Source: a virus (lineage: Duplodnaviria; Caudoviricetes). Taken from it: a stretch of 64,000 nucleotides of DNA. Under the pieces are notes generated by a model that searched no databases, was not told the origin of the DNA, and was given only the letters and a program-made list of their open reading frames with translations. The DNA lies in the IMG/VR virus record IMGVR_UViG_3300042731_002921, positions 20,388 through 84,387 of that record. One strand, 5' to 3'. Both the position numbers and the translations under genes were made by a program. This document shows, one piece after another, positions 46,307 through 55,820 of the stretch; the first letter of the stretch is position 1, and each line of letters begins with the position of its first letter.

Positions 46307-47565
46307 TGAACAATATTATGTTATTTGGTGGGGGGATGTTACGGAGCGCTGCCGATAGAAGATACATACAGCGTAACAAAGCTGTTATTTACGGAGTGAG
46401 ATGGGATTATGTGAACGATGTCATGGTAAAAGGGATTATCATTGGTGGTGTATTTATAGAAACTGATTATAATAACTTTCCTATACAAGAGCAGATGGTG
46501 CGTGGATTGCTGACATCTGCTGGAGAATTTATGTTGCTTGACGCAAGCGACAGTTCCCAGTTGGCGTCTGGTGGGGCGGCAACGCTGGATGGCTCAGTCG
46601 GTCAGGTTATGGTTCGTATTCCAAAATTTTATACGCTATGCCTTAAGGATGGTGATTATCGGTATGTATTAATTTCGGATTCATCGTTTTCATTTTTAGG
46701 TAACGACGCTTGGATACCGCCGGCTTTTGGATCTGATAACTATCGATATATAAGCGCATTTCAAGGAGTTGCGGCAACTGATACTGTTGATGCTGATCTT
46801 ATAAGTGCTGTTAAAGATACTTCGGCATATACAACAAATTTATATCCAAATCCGTTTTCAAATAGAACGCGGGCGCAATTCAGAGCACAGCAACAATCTG
46901 GATTCTTTCAATTTTCTTGGGGGTTGTATGAGATTGTCTGGATGTTGTTTTTAACGGAGTATAAAACATGGAACTCTCAGGCTGTACTGCCCGGATACAC
47001 AGAAGCAAGTTCATATAGTTATTCGTATGCACGGAAGGCTGGCAGAACATTGTCGCTCGGCAATGCATCCGGAAGCGTGCTTGTTGATCTAGCTGGTGAT
47101 GATTCGGATTTGTCAGGGATAGTAGCTGTCGATAAGTATGTAGCTAATAGTTATCGCGGGATAGAGAACTTTTTTGGCAATGCCTATCAGTTCATTGATG
47201 GGATAAACATAGACAATACAACTGGCGATTGTCATGTCTATGTGTGTCACACTCCTGACGATTTCGCTGACGACACCGGAACAAATTATATTGATACTGG
47301 CCATGCCCCGGCTTTTGGAGATGCTGGCGATTATATTAAAGATATGGCCTTCGTTGGTGAGGCTGTTACGTTTTACCCGGCAGAATTGGGCGGGACATCC
47401 AGCACATACATCCCTGACTATCACAGCAACAGTGCCGGGGGTTGGCGTGTCCTGTTTGCGAGTGGCTTTCTGTCGTATGGCGCGGGTGCGGGGCTTGGTC
47501 GTATGAATGCGTTTAGCGCCTCCTCATATTACGCTTCGCTTACCTCCACGCGCTCGGCTGCTTAA
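46306..47565 (+). CDS. C-type-lectin-fold (Mtd/FGE-like) receptor-binding protein with DGR-type variable region
   Basis: GQVMVRIPKFY, YISAF, MLFLTEYKTWNSQ, YRGIENFFGN...IDG; C-terminal RVL..G....GA.AG...N....S........R. Confidence 0.85.
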   Translation: MNNIMLFGGGMLRSAADRRYIQRNKAVIYGVRWDYVNDVMVKGIIIGGVFIETDYNNFPIQEQMVRGLLTSAGEFMLLDASDSSQLASGGAATLDGSVGQVMVRIPKFYTLCLKDGDYRYVLISDSSFSFLGNDAWIPPAFGSDNYRYISAFQGVAATDTVDADLISAVKDTSAYTTNLYPNPFSNRTRAQFRAQQQSGFFQFSWGLYEIVWMLFLTEYKTWNSQAVLPGYTEASSYSYSYARKAGRTLSLGNASGSVLVDLAGDDSDLSGIVAVDKYVANSYRGIENFFGNAYQFIDGINIDNTTGDCHVYVCHTPDDFADDTGTNYIDTGHAPAFGDAGDYIKDMAFVGEAVTFYPAELGGTSSTYIPDYHSNSAGGWRVLFASGFLSYGAGAGLGRMNAFSASSYYASLTSTRSAA

Positions 47566-47585
47566 ATTTTGTTGGGGGTTCAATT

Positions 47586-47906
47586 TTGAAGAAAATTTAC
47601 TGATTTTGCTGAAGAAAATACACAGCTCGACGGGCCTAAGATATTAATTGGAGACGTGGTGAATCGTGAAATTATCATCACCGGCACCGCGTCAAAAAAT
47701 TTAAATACAGCCGAAACAACTCTGGAATGTGTTTGGCATTGCAGTTCGAATTTGTCGGCACTCAGGAAAAACGTATAGTTTTTATCGGGTCAGATGTACT
47801 CATCGACCAGGTCGAAAGATACGCAAAAGAAATTCCGTTTCAGGCAACAATCAAGAAGATTGATAGGTACTATAGTACTACAGGAGGTAGATATTATGAG
47901 AATTAA
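47586..47906 (+). pseudogene. small DGR-neighbour gene with two frameshifts
   Basis: Reconstructs MKKFTDFAEENTQLDGPKILIGDVVNREIIITG.RVKKFKYSRNNSGMCLALQFEF...IVFIGSDVLIDQVERYAKEIPFQATIKKIDRYYS; +1 at 47592-47595, -1 at ~47686. Confidence 0.75.
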
Positions 47907-48249
47907 AGACTTAGAGGATGGCAGTAAAATTCTTGATTTTCAAAGTCCTAAGATTAAAGATGTTGTTGATCTAATTAAAACAATTAATAAATTATACGAG
48001 GATGGGTACACGATAAATGAAGATTTTTCACCGAAACATTGTCCTCAAATTTTTAGATTAATTGGTTTAAGATTCATAAAAAAAGAAGAGATTTGTGCAG
48101 AAACAAATGATGAAGTTGATATTGATTCATTAACAAAAAAAGAAGATCTTTTGAATTTTGCTGATGATAACGGGATTAATATTCCAGAGGATATCGTTTA
48201 TCCAGCGAGTATTAAAAAATATTTAAAAGAAAATATTGGATCTAAATAG
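47896..48249 (+). CDS. hypothetical protein preceding portal
   Basis: AGGAGG RBS, ATG 47896, AT-rich again. Confidence 0.75.
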   Translation: MRIKDLEDGSKILDFQSPKIKDVVDLIKTINKLYEDGYTINEDFSPKHCPQIFRLIGLRFIKKEEICAETNDEVDIDSLTKKEDLLNFADDNGINIPEDIVYPASIKKYLKENIGSK

Positions 48250-49871
48250 TGTCTGATACACAAACTATACATAAAGCTGAGTCTTCAAAAAGTACAATAC
48301 CAAAGACTACTGTTAGACAAGAGGTAGGTCAACCAAGGATTGTTACGAGTAATAGATTTATTGATGATCAAAGGAAAACTGATCTTAAAATGCCGACGAG
48401 ATTAATTACTTTTGATAATATGTATCTTGATGATTGCGTATATAATTCTATAGATGTAACTAATCTCCTTGTAATTACTGCTTTGTATGGTGGCAAGTAT
48501 GTTTCTGGTCCATCTAATAGCAAAGTAAGTAAAATTGCTGCACAGAAACTTAATTATGATATAAGAAATATGTCTTATGGGACGTATCTTGAATTTCTTC
48601 AAAATGCTTGTACTGATTTAAGGTATGGATTCAGCCTCCAAAACATAGTCACTGAAAAAAGAAAATATGGTCCGTATAAAGGTTCCTGGTGTTTAAGAAA
48701 ATTATCACCGAGAAATCAAAAGAGTATTTATGGTTGGCTATGGAATAAAAATCAAACAGAACTCTTAGGATGTGTTCAACAACCGAGGTTAAAAGGCACA
48801 AGACAATTTAATTCTCTTGTTGGATTTAAGAATGATGGTATTAGAGCCATAGCAGAAGGTAAGTATTATGAGTCAAATTACCCTATAATTAAATCTAACC
48901 AAATGCTTCATTTTAAATATAATTCTATTGATAATAATCCACAAGGTGATAGCCCTTTAGCCCATTGTTATACTGCTTGGATGGAAAAAAGGCTTATTGA
49001 AGAATATGAAGTAATTGGTATTTCTAAAGATCTTGGTGGGATTGTTGTTTTAAGAGTTCCATCTAAGCTTATTGAGCAGGCAAATGATAGAACAAATTAT
49101 CCAGATGCTTATGCTGAATATCAGGCATTACAGACAAATACAGCAGATTTACATGCAGGAAAATCTTCATTCATAGTCCTTACGTCAGATTCTGATGTGA
49201 ATTCAAAAAAGTATTTTTATGATTTTGAGTTAAAAGGTATAGATGGAAATGGAAAACAATATGACACAAGTAATGTCATAGATCAAAAAAGAAAAAGTAT
49301 TTATAATTGTTTTGGTACGGGTTTTCTTTTACTTGGGCAAGATTCTGTAGGGTCTTATAATCTTTCATCTAATGCTACAAGCACTCATGGGTATTATGTA
49401 GAAAGAAATATCTTACAAAAAGTTGATGTCTTAAATACTCAATTAGCTCCAAGATTGCTTGCTATTAATGGTGTATATCTTGATTATGAGGATATGCCTG
49501 TATATGAACCTATTAATCCTACTGAGACAAGTAAAGATGAAATGAGTAAGGTGGTTCAAAGGATGGCAAGTGTTAATAAAATGACGCAAAAAGCTCTTGA
49601 GGCTGTATATGAAGAACTTGGTTGGGACATTGATGGTATTGAAGATCTAGATTTTACTGATAAAGGTAAGTCAAGGGCTGGGGATGGGATGACTACCGCA
49701 GGCGAAGGCACCTCCCAATCATATGGTGGTGAGAACGGTTCTGATGCTTCGGTTGCAAATAATGAGAATGCAAATATGAGTAAGTCTTTGGTTTATGATT
49801 ATGAAACTGAAAATCAAATAGTCTTAATTGATACAGCTTCTGGCAACCCTTTGTTTATTGATAAGGAGTGA
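48249..49871 (+). CDS. portal protein
   Basis: YGFSL, KLSPRNQ, NNPQGDSPL..CY.AW, IGISKDLGG; position after terL. Confidence 0.9.
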   Translation: MSDTQTIHKAESSKSTIPKTTVRQEVGQPRIVTSNRFIDDQRKTDLKMPTRLITFDNMYLDDCVYNSIDVTNLLVITALYGGKYVSGPSNSKVSKIAAQKLNYDIRNMSYGTYLEFLQNACTDLRYGFSLQNIVTEKRKYGPYKGSWCLRKLSPRNQKSIYGWLWNKNQTELLGCVQQPRLKGTRQFNSLVGFKNDGIRAIAEGKYYESNYPIIKSNQMLHFKYNSIDNNPQGDSPLAHCYTAWMEKRLIEEYEVIGISKDLGGIVVLRVPSKLIEQANDRTNYPDAYAEYQALQTNTADLHAGKSSFIVLTSDSDVNSKKYFYDFELKGIDGNGKQYDTSNVIDQKRKSIYNCFGTGFLLLGQDSVGSYNLSSNATSTHGYYVERNILQKVDVLNTQLAPRLLAINGVYLDYEDMPVYEPINPTETSKDEMSKVVQRMASVNKMTQKALEAVYEELGWDIDGIEDLDFTDKGKSRAGDGMTTAGEGTSQSYGGENGSDASVANNENANMSKSLVYDYETENQIVLIDTASGNPLFIDKE

Positions 49872-49872
49872 A

Positions 49873-50742
49873 ATGTTTAATAAGTATTATTTATATTGGA
49901 TTCATCGTCCTTGTCATAATAATATTAACAAAGAAGGTTATATTGGTATTACTAAACAACCATCCAGGCGTTTCTTTGAGCATAAGTGTGATGCTTATAA
50001 TAGGCCAAAAACAATTATTCATCACGCATTAAATAAATATGATGATTGCATGTTTAATGTTTTGTGCATAGGATCTAAAAAATATATCGCTAATTTAGAA
50101 TATAAATTACGACCAACATCTTGTATCGGATGGAGTATCTCTGTTGGTGGCGAAATAACTATGAGAAATTATCAATTTACTAAAAAAGACAGAGATAAAA
50201 TTTCTGATAGTCTTTGTCAAATTGCTTTAATTGATGTATTTAATATATGGTTTGATTGGTTTGAAAAGGCTTATAAAATTGATGAGATAGTTGATAAATA
50301 CCTTATTTCAAAAACTCATGCTTACAGAATAATTAGTTGTAAAGGTAATAGATTATTAAGATATTCACTACTATATACAACTTTTAGAGAAAATTCATTA
50401 CGTAAATCGAATAAAATTTCAGAAGATATCTACGATAGGATTTTATATTTAAGAGAAAGTGGTAAAGAATTACAGGAGATTGCTGATGCATTTGGAATTG
50501 CAAAATCGTCAGTCAAAAGGTATTGCAATGGTGATGTAAAATACACTGAGAATTTTAAAAATTATAGAGTTGTTCAAGGATCTTCTGGAACTGGTACAAC
50601 TCAAGATGGTGGTGGTGCTGTAAGTACTAACAATATGGAGAATACTGATATAAGTAAAAACTTAGTATTTGAATATGAAGATGATAATCAAATAACATTG
50701 GTCGATACAAAAACAGGTATTCCAATTTTTATAGATAAATAG
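49873..50742 (+). CDS. GIY-YIG homing endonuclease with fused portal-like C-terminal tail
   Basis: YLYWIH...GYIGIT..PSRRFFEH; HTH; last 34 aa are 20/34 identical to the portal end. Confidence 0.85.
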   Translation: MFNKYYLYWIHRPCHNNINKEGYIGITKQPSRRFFEHKCDAYNRPKTIIHHALNKYDDCMFNVLCIGSKKYIANLEYKLRPTSCIGWSISVGGEITMRNYQFTKKDRDKISDSLCQIALIDVFNIWFDWFEKAYKIDEIVDKYLISKTHAYRIISCKGNRLLRYSLLYTTFRENSLRKSNKISEDIYDRILYLRESGKELQEIADAFGIAKSSVKRYCNGDVKYTENFKNYRVVQGSSGTGTTQDGGGAVSTNNMENTDISKNLVFEYEDDNQITLVDTKTGIPIFIDK

Positions 50743-50776
50743 TTATTTCTTTTTTGAATACTAATAAGGGTAGGAT

Positions 50777-51568
50777 ATGAAAAAAACAATAATTAAAGCA
50801 CCAGAAGATATCAAGAAATCTACATCTGATGATATTAGGAGATATCTACACGATGCTTTGAAAGCAACATTTGTCTTTGAAGATACATGGATTTATAGCT
50901 TAGATTATGAAGAAAAAGAAGGTAAAACATTTTTCTACTTTGAAGCTGAGTATTATAGCAAAGGTTATTATTGTATTACTTGGGGTATTGAATATAAACT
51001 TGATGGTGTGAATGTTACATTTGTTGGTGACATGTTTGAAGTTAAAAGGGAAACAGTTTATACACCAGTAAAAAATGATATACCCGCTGTTATTACAGAT
51101 GATGATCCGTTTGTAGAAGATGGTAGTCTTTTCAAGAGTCTTAAAAAAGCTATTAGCAGGATTATAGGTAATTCTAATAAAGAGCTTCCTGTCATTAAGC
51201 AATTTTATGATGAAGAAATGATTGCTATTGAGACTATGTATTGCCCTCCGAATGTTGAAGATGGTCATGGAGAATTAATGGATTCAGAAACCATCTATAA
51301 AATGGTTGATAGTTGTAACAATGCTATAAAAGAAGGAAGACTCTCAGGTGGCTTGTTTCATGAAGAGAATATCAATGATATAGAAATTATTAAAGCCTGG
51401 GTTAATGAGTGTGATTGTATGATTGGTGATACAGAAGTTCCAGAGGGGCTACCTATTGTAAAAGTGCAATTTCATGATTCTGATCTTTGGCAAATGAGAA
51501 AAGATGGTGTTTTAAAAGGACTTTCTATCGGAGCTAAAGGTGGGAGAGAAGAGGTAAATGATGAGTAA
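50777..51568 (+). CDS. XkdF-like prohead protease
   Basis: MYCPP..EDGHGE, GGLFH, KGLSIGAKG. Confidence 0.85.
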   Translation: MKKTIIKAPEDIKKSTSDDIRRYLHDALKATFVFEDTWIYSLDYEEKEGKTFFYFEAEYYSKGYYCITWGIEYKLDGVNVTFVGDMFEVKRETVYTPVKNDIPAVITDDDPFVEDGSLFKSLKKAISRIIGNSNKELPVIKQFYDEEMIAIETMYCPPNVEDGHGELMDSETIYKMVDSCNNAIKEGRLSGGLFHEENINDIEIIKAWVNECDCMIGDTEVPEGLPIVKVQFHDSDLWQMRKDGVLKGLSIGAKGGREEVNDE

Positions 51569-52184
51569 TGCTATTAATAAAAAAACTTTTTTGAAGAATG
51601 TAAATTTTGACTTTGAAAAGAATGAAAAGAATAAACTTGGACCACACATTCATTACACTCTTGGTGCTGCAAGTTTGATGGACGATCCACTTCTTTTGAA
51701 GAAGAGAGAAGAAGAAATATCCGATGAAGAACAGACAATTTTAGATAATATAAGCAAGAAAACAACTAATCAGAAAAAGGACAAACCAATGGACGAAAAT
51801 GTTGTAAAAGAACTTAAAGCTTCTAATGATGCTTTGCAGAAAAAACTTGAAGAGACTGTTGCTAAAATGGAAGCATCAGAAGCTAAAGCTGAAAGGATTG
51901 AAAAAAAGCTTGTCATTGAAAAATCTCTAAATGATTTTCCTTTTGATAGTGAATTATTGTGTGAAGTTTCAGAGTCAATTGTAGATCTTGACGAGAAAAC
52001 TGTTGAAACTATCATAAAAGCTTTTTCTGCAATGAATGATTTTAAAGAGCCTGAAGAAGAAAATGAACTCCAGAAGCAGCTTTCTGATGAAGCAGGAGCT
52101 ACTGGTGATGGTGATGTTATAGAAAAATCTCTTTCTGAACAGATTATGGAAGCAAGAAAGAAAAATACTAAAGGTAGCAAATAA
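51558..52184 (+). CDS. scaffold-like protein
   Basis: VNF.F...PHIHYT N-terminus, coiled coil; position. Confidence 0.7.
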   Translation: MMSNAINKKTFLKNVNFDFEKNEKNKLGPHIHYTLGAASLMDDPLLLKKREEEISDEEQTILDNISKKTTNQKKDKPMDENVVKELKASNDALQKKLEETVAKMEASEAKAERIEKKLVIEKSLNDFPFDSELLCEVSESIVDLDEKTVETIIKAFSAMNDFKEPEEENELQKQLSDEAGATGDGDVIEKSLSEQIMEARKKNTKGSK

Positions 52185-52245
52185 TTATTATTAATAAAAT
52201 ATTCTATAAGAAGAAATTTAATTTAAAATAAGAAGGGAAAATGTC

Positions 52246-52911
52246 ATGCCGACAGTAAGTAATGGAGCTACTCGTACGAGAGAAAGTGATCTCCTTAAAG
52301 GATATAATAGCTTTGAGGATGAAGCTTATGTTGACTATTGTTTTGCAACAGTTGATGTAAAAGCAGCAAGTGAAACGGATATTGATAATATTGGTATTCC
52401 TATGAAATGGAATTCAACTACAAGTGCTTTTAATGTATTCACTGCAAATTCTGATTGGGTTAAAGAAACAGCATACTCTGTTGGTGATGTTGTAAAACCT
52501 GTTACACAGGATGGTTATGAGTATATGTGTATGACAGCAGGAACTTCTCATACTTCTGAGCCAACATGGATTACTGTTATTGGTGGTACTACTACAGAGA
52601 CTACAGGTGTTGTATGGGTTTGTAGAAGAGCTTATATGGGTGATGGTGGCCCTGCTGCTACTGCTGGTTCAGAAATTTGTATTGCTGTTGGTGCTGCTGA
52701 AGGTAGGGGGTTCAATCAGACAGATACTACTATTGATACTGATGCAGTTGATATGACAGTTATTTATCGTGGTCCTGCTGCTGTTGTAGAAGATGGATTT
52801 ACTTGGGGTGATGTTGCTGAAGCAGATCAGGATGAATTTTATGCTGCACTTGATAGAAAAGGTATTAGTGTAATTGAGTCTGGTACAACTGTTGCTCCTA
52901 CTTTTGTGTAA
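52246..52911 (+). CDS. head decoration protein with inserted carbohydrate-binding-like module
   Basis: Position before MCP; WVKETAYSVGDVV...YMC.TAGTS..SEPTW insert. Confidence 0.7.
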   Translation: MPTVSNGATRTRESDLLKGYNSFEDEAYVDYCFATVDVKAASETDIDNIGIPMKWNSTTSAFNVFTANSDWVKETAYSVGDVVKPVTQDGYEYMCMTAGTSHTSEPTWITVIGGTTTETTGVVWVCRRAYMGDGGPAATAGSEICIAVGAAEGRGFNQTDTTIDTDAVDMTVIYRGPAAVVEDGFTWGDVAEADQDEFYAALDRKGISVIESGTTVAPTFV

Positions 52912-52936
52912 CTATAAATAAAAGGAAAAATATATA

Positions 52937-54040
52937 ATGACTATTAAAGTTACTGCACCTTTTGATAAAGGTGGGGAAGATATTAGAAAAGAACTCTCAA
53001 TTGTTCAGGGCAATCCTTTTGAGTATCAGGATGTATCAGAAGGAACTCAGAAAGGCCCTGTTACACCTAAACTTTTGACAGCATTGTTGGGTGGTTATAC
53101 TGAAACAAATATGATTAATGTTTTTCAGTACGATGAAGAGACTGATACCGCTCAGTTGCCTTCTGGTAAAAGATATGATCAGAGAGGGCCTAAAGATCTT
53201 CCTAAAGATGATGCAAAACAGAAATATTTTGGTATCCCTTCTTTTGGTCTTAGGGTGAATATTGCTCCCAAAGATTATGCGAATAGAAGGAAACCTGGTA
53301 CAACTGATCTAATGACTGAAGCAGATTGGATCGCTAAAATGACTACTAAAGCTGATAATGCTTGGATGCTTCATGATGAGCTTGGTTTTAGAGATCTTTT
53401 AGTCTCTGATGTAAATAGAATTGATGGTGGGCCTTATACGCAGTATAATTTTTACACTGATATTGTAGGTACATCAAGATCTGCAAAAACTTCAATGGAA
53501 CTTGACAGTTCAAATGCTGATCATATTAAGTTGCAAAGGGATCAGAAAAAAGCTTTGCAAACTACACTTGCACAGTATGGTGACAGCGCAACTGCTATCG
53601 TTGAAGTATGTGGAGATACATATTTTGAGCAGAGGCTTAGTATTGAGAGAAAAGAATCTCTTGGCAGACCTCTAAAATCTACTATTGATCTTGCGAGTAT
53701 GGAAGTAGATACATCCGATTGGGGATCTTCTACTTTCAGGTATGATTGGTTTAAAGGAGATCAGGATGGTATTATTTATATAAATTACGGTTCTGAGATT
53801 ATTTCTGGAACTAAATTAATCGCGGATACTGATGCCTATATGATCCCTGTGGGCGTATCTAATTTTATGGGGATTGCTTATGCTCCTGCACAGACACGTT
53901 CTTATGTAAATACAGAAGCACTAAAAAGGTATTCTTGGACAAATACAAATGAATTCCAAGGTATTAGTATCTTCATGGAAGAAAATAAACTCTTTTTTAA
54001 TAAAAAACCTGATCTTATCCGTAATCTTGTGAATGTTTAA
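52937..54040 (+). CDS. major capsid protein
   Basis: 367 aa; position; followed by terminator-like hairpin; QLPSGKR, DYANRRKPGT, G..YI.Y motifs. Confidence 0.9.
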   Translation: MTIKVTAPFDKGGEDIRKELSIVQGNPFEYQDVSEGTQKGPVTPKLLTALLGGYTETNMINVFQYDEETDTAQLPSGKRYDQRGPKDLPKDDAKQKYFGIPSFGLRVNIAPKDYANRRKPGTTDLMTEADWIAKMTTKADNAWMLHDELGFRDLLVSDVNRIDGGPYTQYNFYTDIVGTSRSAKTSMELDSSNADHIKLQRDQKKALQTTLAQYGDSATAIVEVCGDTYFEQRLSIERKESLGRPLKSTIDLASMEVDTSDWGSSTFRYDWFKGDQDGIIYINYGSEIISGTKLIADTDAYMIPVGVSNFMGIAYAPAQTRSYVNTEALKRYSWTNTNEFQGISIFMEENKLFFNKKPDLIRNLVNV

Positions 54041-54046
54041 TTTAAT

Positions 54047-54077
54047 GGGGAGTTAACTAACTCCCCTATTCACCTTC
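54047..54077 (+). terminator. terminator-like hairpin after MCP
   Basis: GGGGAGTT-AACT-AACTCCCC. Confidence 0.7.
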
Positions 54078-54103
54078 TTATTTAGATCACTAAAGGATAT
54101 AAA

Positions 54104-54556
54104 ATGGCTATTGATGCTGATGAAGTTCTTGAAGAAGTTAAGATATATCTACCATCTGAGAATGTTTTTACTGATAATCAAATGCTCGTTATGATTCAAA
54201 AAGTAATCAATGCTGTTGGTTCAGATGATAGTTATTATGAAGAAGTTACATGTAAGAGTACAAAGATGATTGCTGAGAATAATGCAGCTAAAAGCTCATT
54301 GATTCAGAGCTATAAAGGTATAAGAACGGAAGATATGTGGGAGGAATTTTTTAAAGGTGATAACAATAATGTATGGGATAATTTTCTTAGTAGAATAAAG
54401 ACAGTTTGTACTAATATTGGATATACGGGTCTCCCATCGTATAGTACTGGCTATATGTGTGTGAACATAAGTGATAATGATAGTTTTTTAGATGATCCAC
54501 CTATTGACGTAAATCCAACTTCTTCTACTTCATCTAACTTAGAATATCCATTATAG
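54104..54556 (+). CDS. head-tail connector-like protein
   Basis: Position; helical. Confidence 0.65.
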   Translation: MAIDADEVLEEVKIYLPSENVFTDNQMLVMIQKVINAVGSDDSYYEEVTCKSTKMIAENNAAKSSLIQSYKGIRTEDMWEEFFKGDNNNVWDNFLSRIKTVCTNIGYTGLPSYSTGYMCVNISDNDSFLDDPPIDVNPTSSTSSNLEYPL

Positions 54557-54565
54557 AATACAACT

Positions 54566-54943
54566 ATGGTTAAATCATTGGTAAATAAAGAAAATTTTAT
54601 ACCATTATTGAGTTTATGCATAAGTATTATTATTGGTCTTTCTGTTACTTATAGTACAATTAATAAAACTGATGCCACACTCTCATTACGGATTGAATAC
54701 TTAGAACAACATTGGAAGCAGGCTCAAAAAGAACGAAATATACTACAAGTTCGGCTATCCACAATTAGCACACAAATACACGAATCGTTAAGGGTTCTTG
54801 AGTCATTATCACAAGTTGTTAGAGAGAATACTGATTCAAATAATAGAATAGCTGTATTGATAGCAAGATTAGAAGAAAGACAGATAAAAGCTGATAAAAT
54901 TGTTGAAGGATTAGTTAATCAGATAAATTCAAGGAAAAACTGA
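54566..54943 (+). CDS. single-TM coiled-coil protein (holin-like?)
   Basis: Hydrophobic helix then coiled coil. Confidence 0.45.
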   Translation: MVKSLVNKENFIPLLSLCISIIIGLSVTYSTINKTDATLSLRIEYLEQHWKQAQKERNILQVRLSTISTQIHESLRVLESLSQVVRENTDSNNRIAVLIARLEERQIKADKIVEGLVNQINSRKN

Positions 54944-55035
54944 CACAGCTTTAACTGATATAAAATGGTCAGGTATGGTATTGGTGATAAAAATATATCA
55001 ATGTTACTTTTTAGTTAGTATGAGGCTAATACATA

Positions 55036-55392
55036 ATGAGTAGTACATATTTAGATAGTATAAAAAGGCTTATTAACAGGAATGGTAATGATGATCTATC
55101 TCTAATTACATATACAACTACTATTGACCCTACTAATCCATTAAATGTTATTAATACAACTACTACTGACCTTATTTATTCTTATATTGGGCATTATAAA
55201 GAAAAAGAGATGTCAGATGGCACTATAGGATTATCTGATATTAAATTATATGTAGACCCTTCTTCTCTTACTACTGAACCAACTATAGAAAATAAAATAA
55301 CTGATGGCACTACTACTTATAATATCCAAAGAGTAACTAAATGGAAAGATAAAGATACAGTTGTTTTATACGTCTTGCAAATTAGGGAGTGA
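55036..55392 (+). CDS. head closure/adaptor protein
   Basis: Position; beta-rich, LQIR C-terminus. Confidence 0.65.
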   Translation: MSSTYLDSIKRLINRNGNDDLSLITYTTTIDPTNPLNVINTTTTDLIYSYIGHYKEKEMSDGTIGLSDIKLYVDPSSLTTEPTIENKITDGTTTYNIQRVTKWKDKDTVVLYVLQIRE

Positions 55393-55820
55393 GAATGAGT
55401 AATAATTTTCAAAAGTTTCTCAAGGATTTAAAAAAAGAAAGCCAAGATTCACTTGATTCTTTAAACAAGCGTATTAAAGATGTTGGCAATACTATACAAG
55501 AATCTCTTATGAAACCTAAATCAGAACAAGGTACTCCAGTAATAACCTCTCATTTGCGTGATAACTGGATAGTTACTATAGATCAAGAATTTTTTAATGT
55601 AGTAGGTAGTAGAGAGAAGCCAGATGATTCTTTACAATCAAGTAATTGGTCTAAGTTTCTTAACACAGATGATGTTTGTCTCCATAGCAATATTTATTGG
55701 AATAATAATGTTTATTATGGTCCTTGGGTTAATTATGGTGCAGATGGTATACCAGCACAAAAATTCAGAGAAAAAGCTAAACAAGATGGTGAAGAACGCT
55801 TAAAGGTTATTAGGAAATGA
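55389..55820 (+). CDS. HK97 gp10-like tail component
   Basis: TPVITSHLRDNW...NNVYYGPWVNYG. Confidence 0.75.
   Translation: MRMSNNFQKFLKDLKKESQDSLDSLNKRIKDVGNTIQESLMKPKSEQGTPVITSHLRDNWIVTIDQEFFNVVGSREKPDDSLQSSNWSKFLNTDDVCLHSNIYWNNNVYYGPWVNYGADGIPAQKFREKAKQDGEERLKVIRK

Larger units (their letters stand above)
45760..47880 (+). mobile_element. GC-rich foreign cassette (DGR-relic-like) between terL and the portal module
   Basis: Sampled lines 43-60% GC versus ~28% in the flank; gene-end fragment, chaperone-like gene, CLec target gene, frameshifted small gene. Confidence 0.75.
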
